64,000 nucleotides of DNA, from the NCBI GenBank assembly GCA_023231475.1, contig JALJEE010002316.1, positions 124,001 to 188,000 on the forward strand, written 5' to 3'. Of the stretch, positions 61,387-64,000 are shown in pieces. Each line of letters begins with the position of its first letter. Positions within the stretch are counted from its first letter, which is position 1. The stretch is from Seison nebaliae (Eukaryota). The notes below the pieces were generated by a model. It was not told where the DNA came from and made no database searches. It was given only the letters and a program-made list of their open reading frames with translations. Position numbers and translations under genes: made by a program.

Positions 61387-64000
61387 ATGGACGGGAAAAT
61401 TTGTGTGATGTCGGAAAGTCCTCTTTGGATCATAAAAGTTCATTTGAAATTTAATAATAATTAATTTTAATTAAATAATTTTTAATTTTAATGTTAATTG
61501 TGGAATAAAGTTAGCATCGACTAATGCAAAAAAACGATTTGAGAAAGAAATCAAGAAATGTCCAGAAAAACTTTATGTCCATGATTCCCAATATCGAACA
61601 TGTGCACATGTTGCTGCTAATAAGGGATCGATTGACGTATTGGAAGTCATTACAAAATTGGATGGAAGTTGAAAATTTTAAGATTTTCATAATTATTATT
61701 CACATTATATAATTATAGAGATGTTGAATATGTTGGATAATAACGGAAACACACCATTATTTTCAGCGGTGGAAAACGACGAAGTTGAAATTGTTCAATT
61801 TCTTTTAGGACAACATGTGATAGAATTAAGACATCTGAATAATGATGGTCTGCGCATCGTGACATATGCCGTGGTCAATCATAAGATGAATTCATTAGAA
61901 GTTATTTTGGAATTTAATACCAAATTAGAATTTGAATTTTTCAAGTGTTTATTAAAATCGTCAAGAATTAGAGTTGACGAAGTAGATAAATGGGGAGATT
62001 CGGCTCTACATTATGCTGCTAGAAATAATTGGAGGACATCTGCTAATATTTTGGTTTGAGAATTTGTGGAATATTTCAAAAGAATCAACATCTTTTCCTT
62101 CAGTTAGAATCTGGTGCTGATATGTTTCTGTTAAGTAAACATGGTAAAACTCCGTTTCATTTAGCCGCTATGTATGTGTCGAATGATGTACTAGAAGAGT
62201 TTTTCCGTGTTGCTGAACTTAAAGGATTTTCTCGAGATGAAGTGATGGAATTCACTTGCAACGAATCTAGTCAACCATTACATTCGGCTGTCAATAGTGG
62301 TTCGATTGAAGCGGTCAATCTTTGCTTGTCACACAATAGTCGAATTACCAACACATTAGTTCTACTTTTGGAATAATTTGAATAAATGATTAATTAATTT
62401 GAATTTGAATATGGTTTTGTAGGATGATAAATGTACACCCGTCCATCTGGCCTCCATGTTGGGCTCATATGACATTTTAGATCTTTTATTAAGGAATTCC
62501 ACTGAAGACACTTCGACAGTTATGGAAATGGTGGATCTTCAAGAACAAACGCCACTTCATAAAGCCGCAATGTTCGGTCATTTGAATGTCTGTCAATTAC
62601 TTCTTCTTAATGTTAGATCAGAATTATGATGAAAGGATTATTATTATTACTACTCTAGAACGCAGCGATAGATGCGAAAGATATTAAAGGTAGGACGCCG
62701 TTGTTATTAGCTGCGAGGAAAGGCGCTTATTCCGTTGTCCAACATTTGCTCGACCATCCCGACGGAAAATTGAATGGCTTCGACTACTTAGGCCGAAATA
62801 TTCTTCATTTACTTATTCAAAATAATGCCCAAGATTTCGAAAGAATTCAATCATTAATTAATTCTGTTGCTTTCTCACTCATTCAACAAATTTATTATTC
62901 TTTTCGTTCTAGAGACCATCATTATTGAAATTATTAAAACTAACAGATAATAACGGAAATACACCGTTACATTATGCTTGTGAAATCGGCTGTGTTGGTA
63001 TGGTCGATGTTCTCATTAAATTGGACGACGATATTTCCCCAAAGAATAAAGTTCTGCTTTTTTTTTCATTTCTCATCGATATTCATTTCTGATTTTACGA
63101 AAGAATTTGAAAAGTCCGTTACATTTGGCGGCGGAATTCGGCAAATATAATGTCTGCGAATTATTGTTAAAGAATAGTGGTGGGAAGAGAAATATGGTGA
63201 ATGAGATCGATAAGAATGGATTTACACCGTTGCTCTACGCTTGCAAGAATGGAAAGAATAAGTTAATCGATCTCCTCTTAGAAATGGGAGGAATTCTATT
63301 AAAGTTTTTTTTTCTTGTTTGAATTTTCCATAATTTTTTTGAAGAGATTTCGAAGGTAATACTGCCATACATCATGCTGCGAGTGGTGGCCATTATACGA
63401 CAATCACAAAATTATTAAAAACACACATTCATCTGATCAATTCGGAAAATGTGGTGAAAGTTTTGTTACATTTTTTCATTCATAAATTGTTTTCAATTGT
63501 TTTCAAATACAATTTGTCCATTTTATTCTCAAATATAATTAGTCCATTTTATTCTAAAATACAATTTGTCCGTTATGTTTCCAAATACATTTTATCCGTT
63601 TTATATTATATTATTGTCAAATATAATTTGTTCATCCTTTCCATTTCTTTTTAGAATACGGCCTTACATTTAGCAACGCTCAACAATAAACCGAATATTA
63701 TTATTTGTTTAATGAGTTATAAAGAGATTCGATATAGCAGGAATGCGAATAATCAATTATTTATCGATCTCGCTATCGAATTGTCATTGGAAGATTGTTG
63801 TAATGTGGTAATTAAACATAATTCGTGGAAAACGATTCTTACAATGGATTCCTTGAAATATCGAACGCCCTTTATTGGCATGATCGAACGATTACCCAAA
63901 TGTGCTCTAGTTATTATTTTGCCTTAATTTGAAAAGAACAAATTTTCATTCATAGAATGCTTTGGATCGATGTTATCAATCATCAAATCAATTACCTTAT
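61387..64000 (+). CDS. TRPA1: TRPA1-like channel, N-terminal ankyrin-repeat region (runs off the window)
   Basis: More than 12 ankyrin repeats (GNTPL, SALHYAA, TPFHLA, PLHSAV, TPVHLA, TPLHKAA, SPLHLAA) joined by 11 modelled introns, followed by the TRPA-type linker W...TPFIGMIERLPKCALNALDRC. TM region lies outside the window. Confidence 0.8.
63505..63603. repeat. 26-bp tandem repeat (~4 degenerate copies) inside TRPA1 intron 10
   Basis: Unit AAATACAATTTGTCCATTTTATTCTC. Confidence 0.75.

Noticed and set aside
1..64000. tRNA, rRNA, U1/U6 snRNA or spliced-leader RNA genes
   Set aside because: No T-loop/cloverleaf, ATACTTACCTG or leader-plus-Sm-site arrangement recognised by eye; a covariance-model search is needed to exclude divergent copies.
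1..64000. Alternative genetic code
   Set aside because: TAA, TAG and TGA all end conserved genes at expected positions; other apparent internal stops fall in micro-introns.

Overview
AT-rich, compact animal (invertebrate) nuclear DNA. HCN, TRPA1, CAP/ShKT and chitin-binding domains indicate a metazoan; the style recalls compact spiralian/syndermatan genomes, but the species cannot be fixed from sequence alone. About 22 protein-coding genes can be modelled by hand: PARP2-like, Ashwin-like, CSTF2, PGAP2-like, DHTKD1, SDE2, SMC4, a 1314-aa lectin-type single-pass receptor, RAB5IF, NGDN, PDXK, a chitin-binding/CAP/EGF/ShKT secreted protein, an HCN channel, a 57-aa membrane microprotein, MRPS15, TRPA1 (partial) and several orphans. 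There are also a MITE, a foldback-like relic and small tandem repeats. The main signal is the splice code. Of 54 introns modelled from reading frame and protein motifs, 49 start with GTT, mostly with no +4..+6 consensus and usually without the exonic AG. Forty-six are 41-64 nt long and 11 end in AAG. This suggests a divergent 5' splice-site recognition system. Other points: an in-frame TGA between two ORFs, convergent stop codons only 9 bp apart, an operon-like tight gene run, and an HCN filter reading SIGYG. All gene models are manual and lack transcript support.
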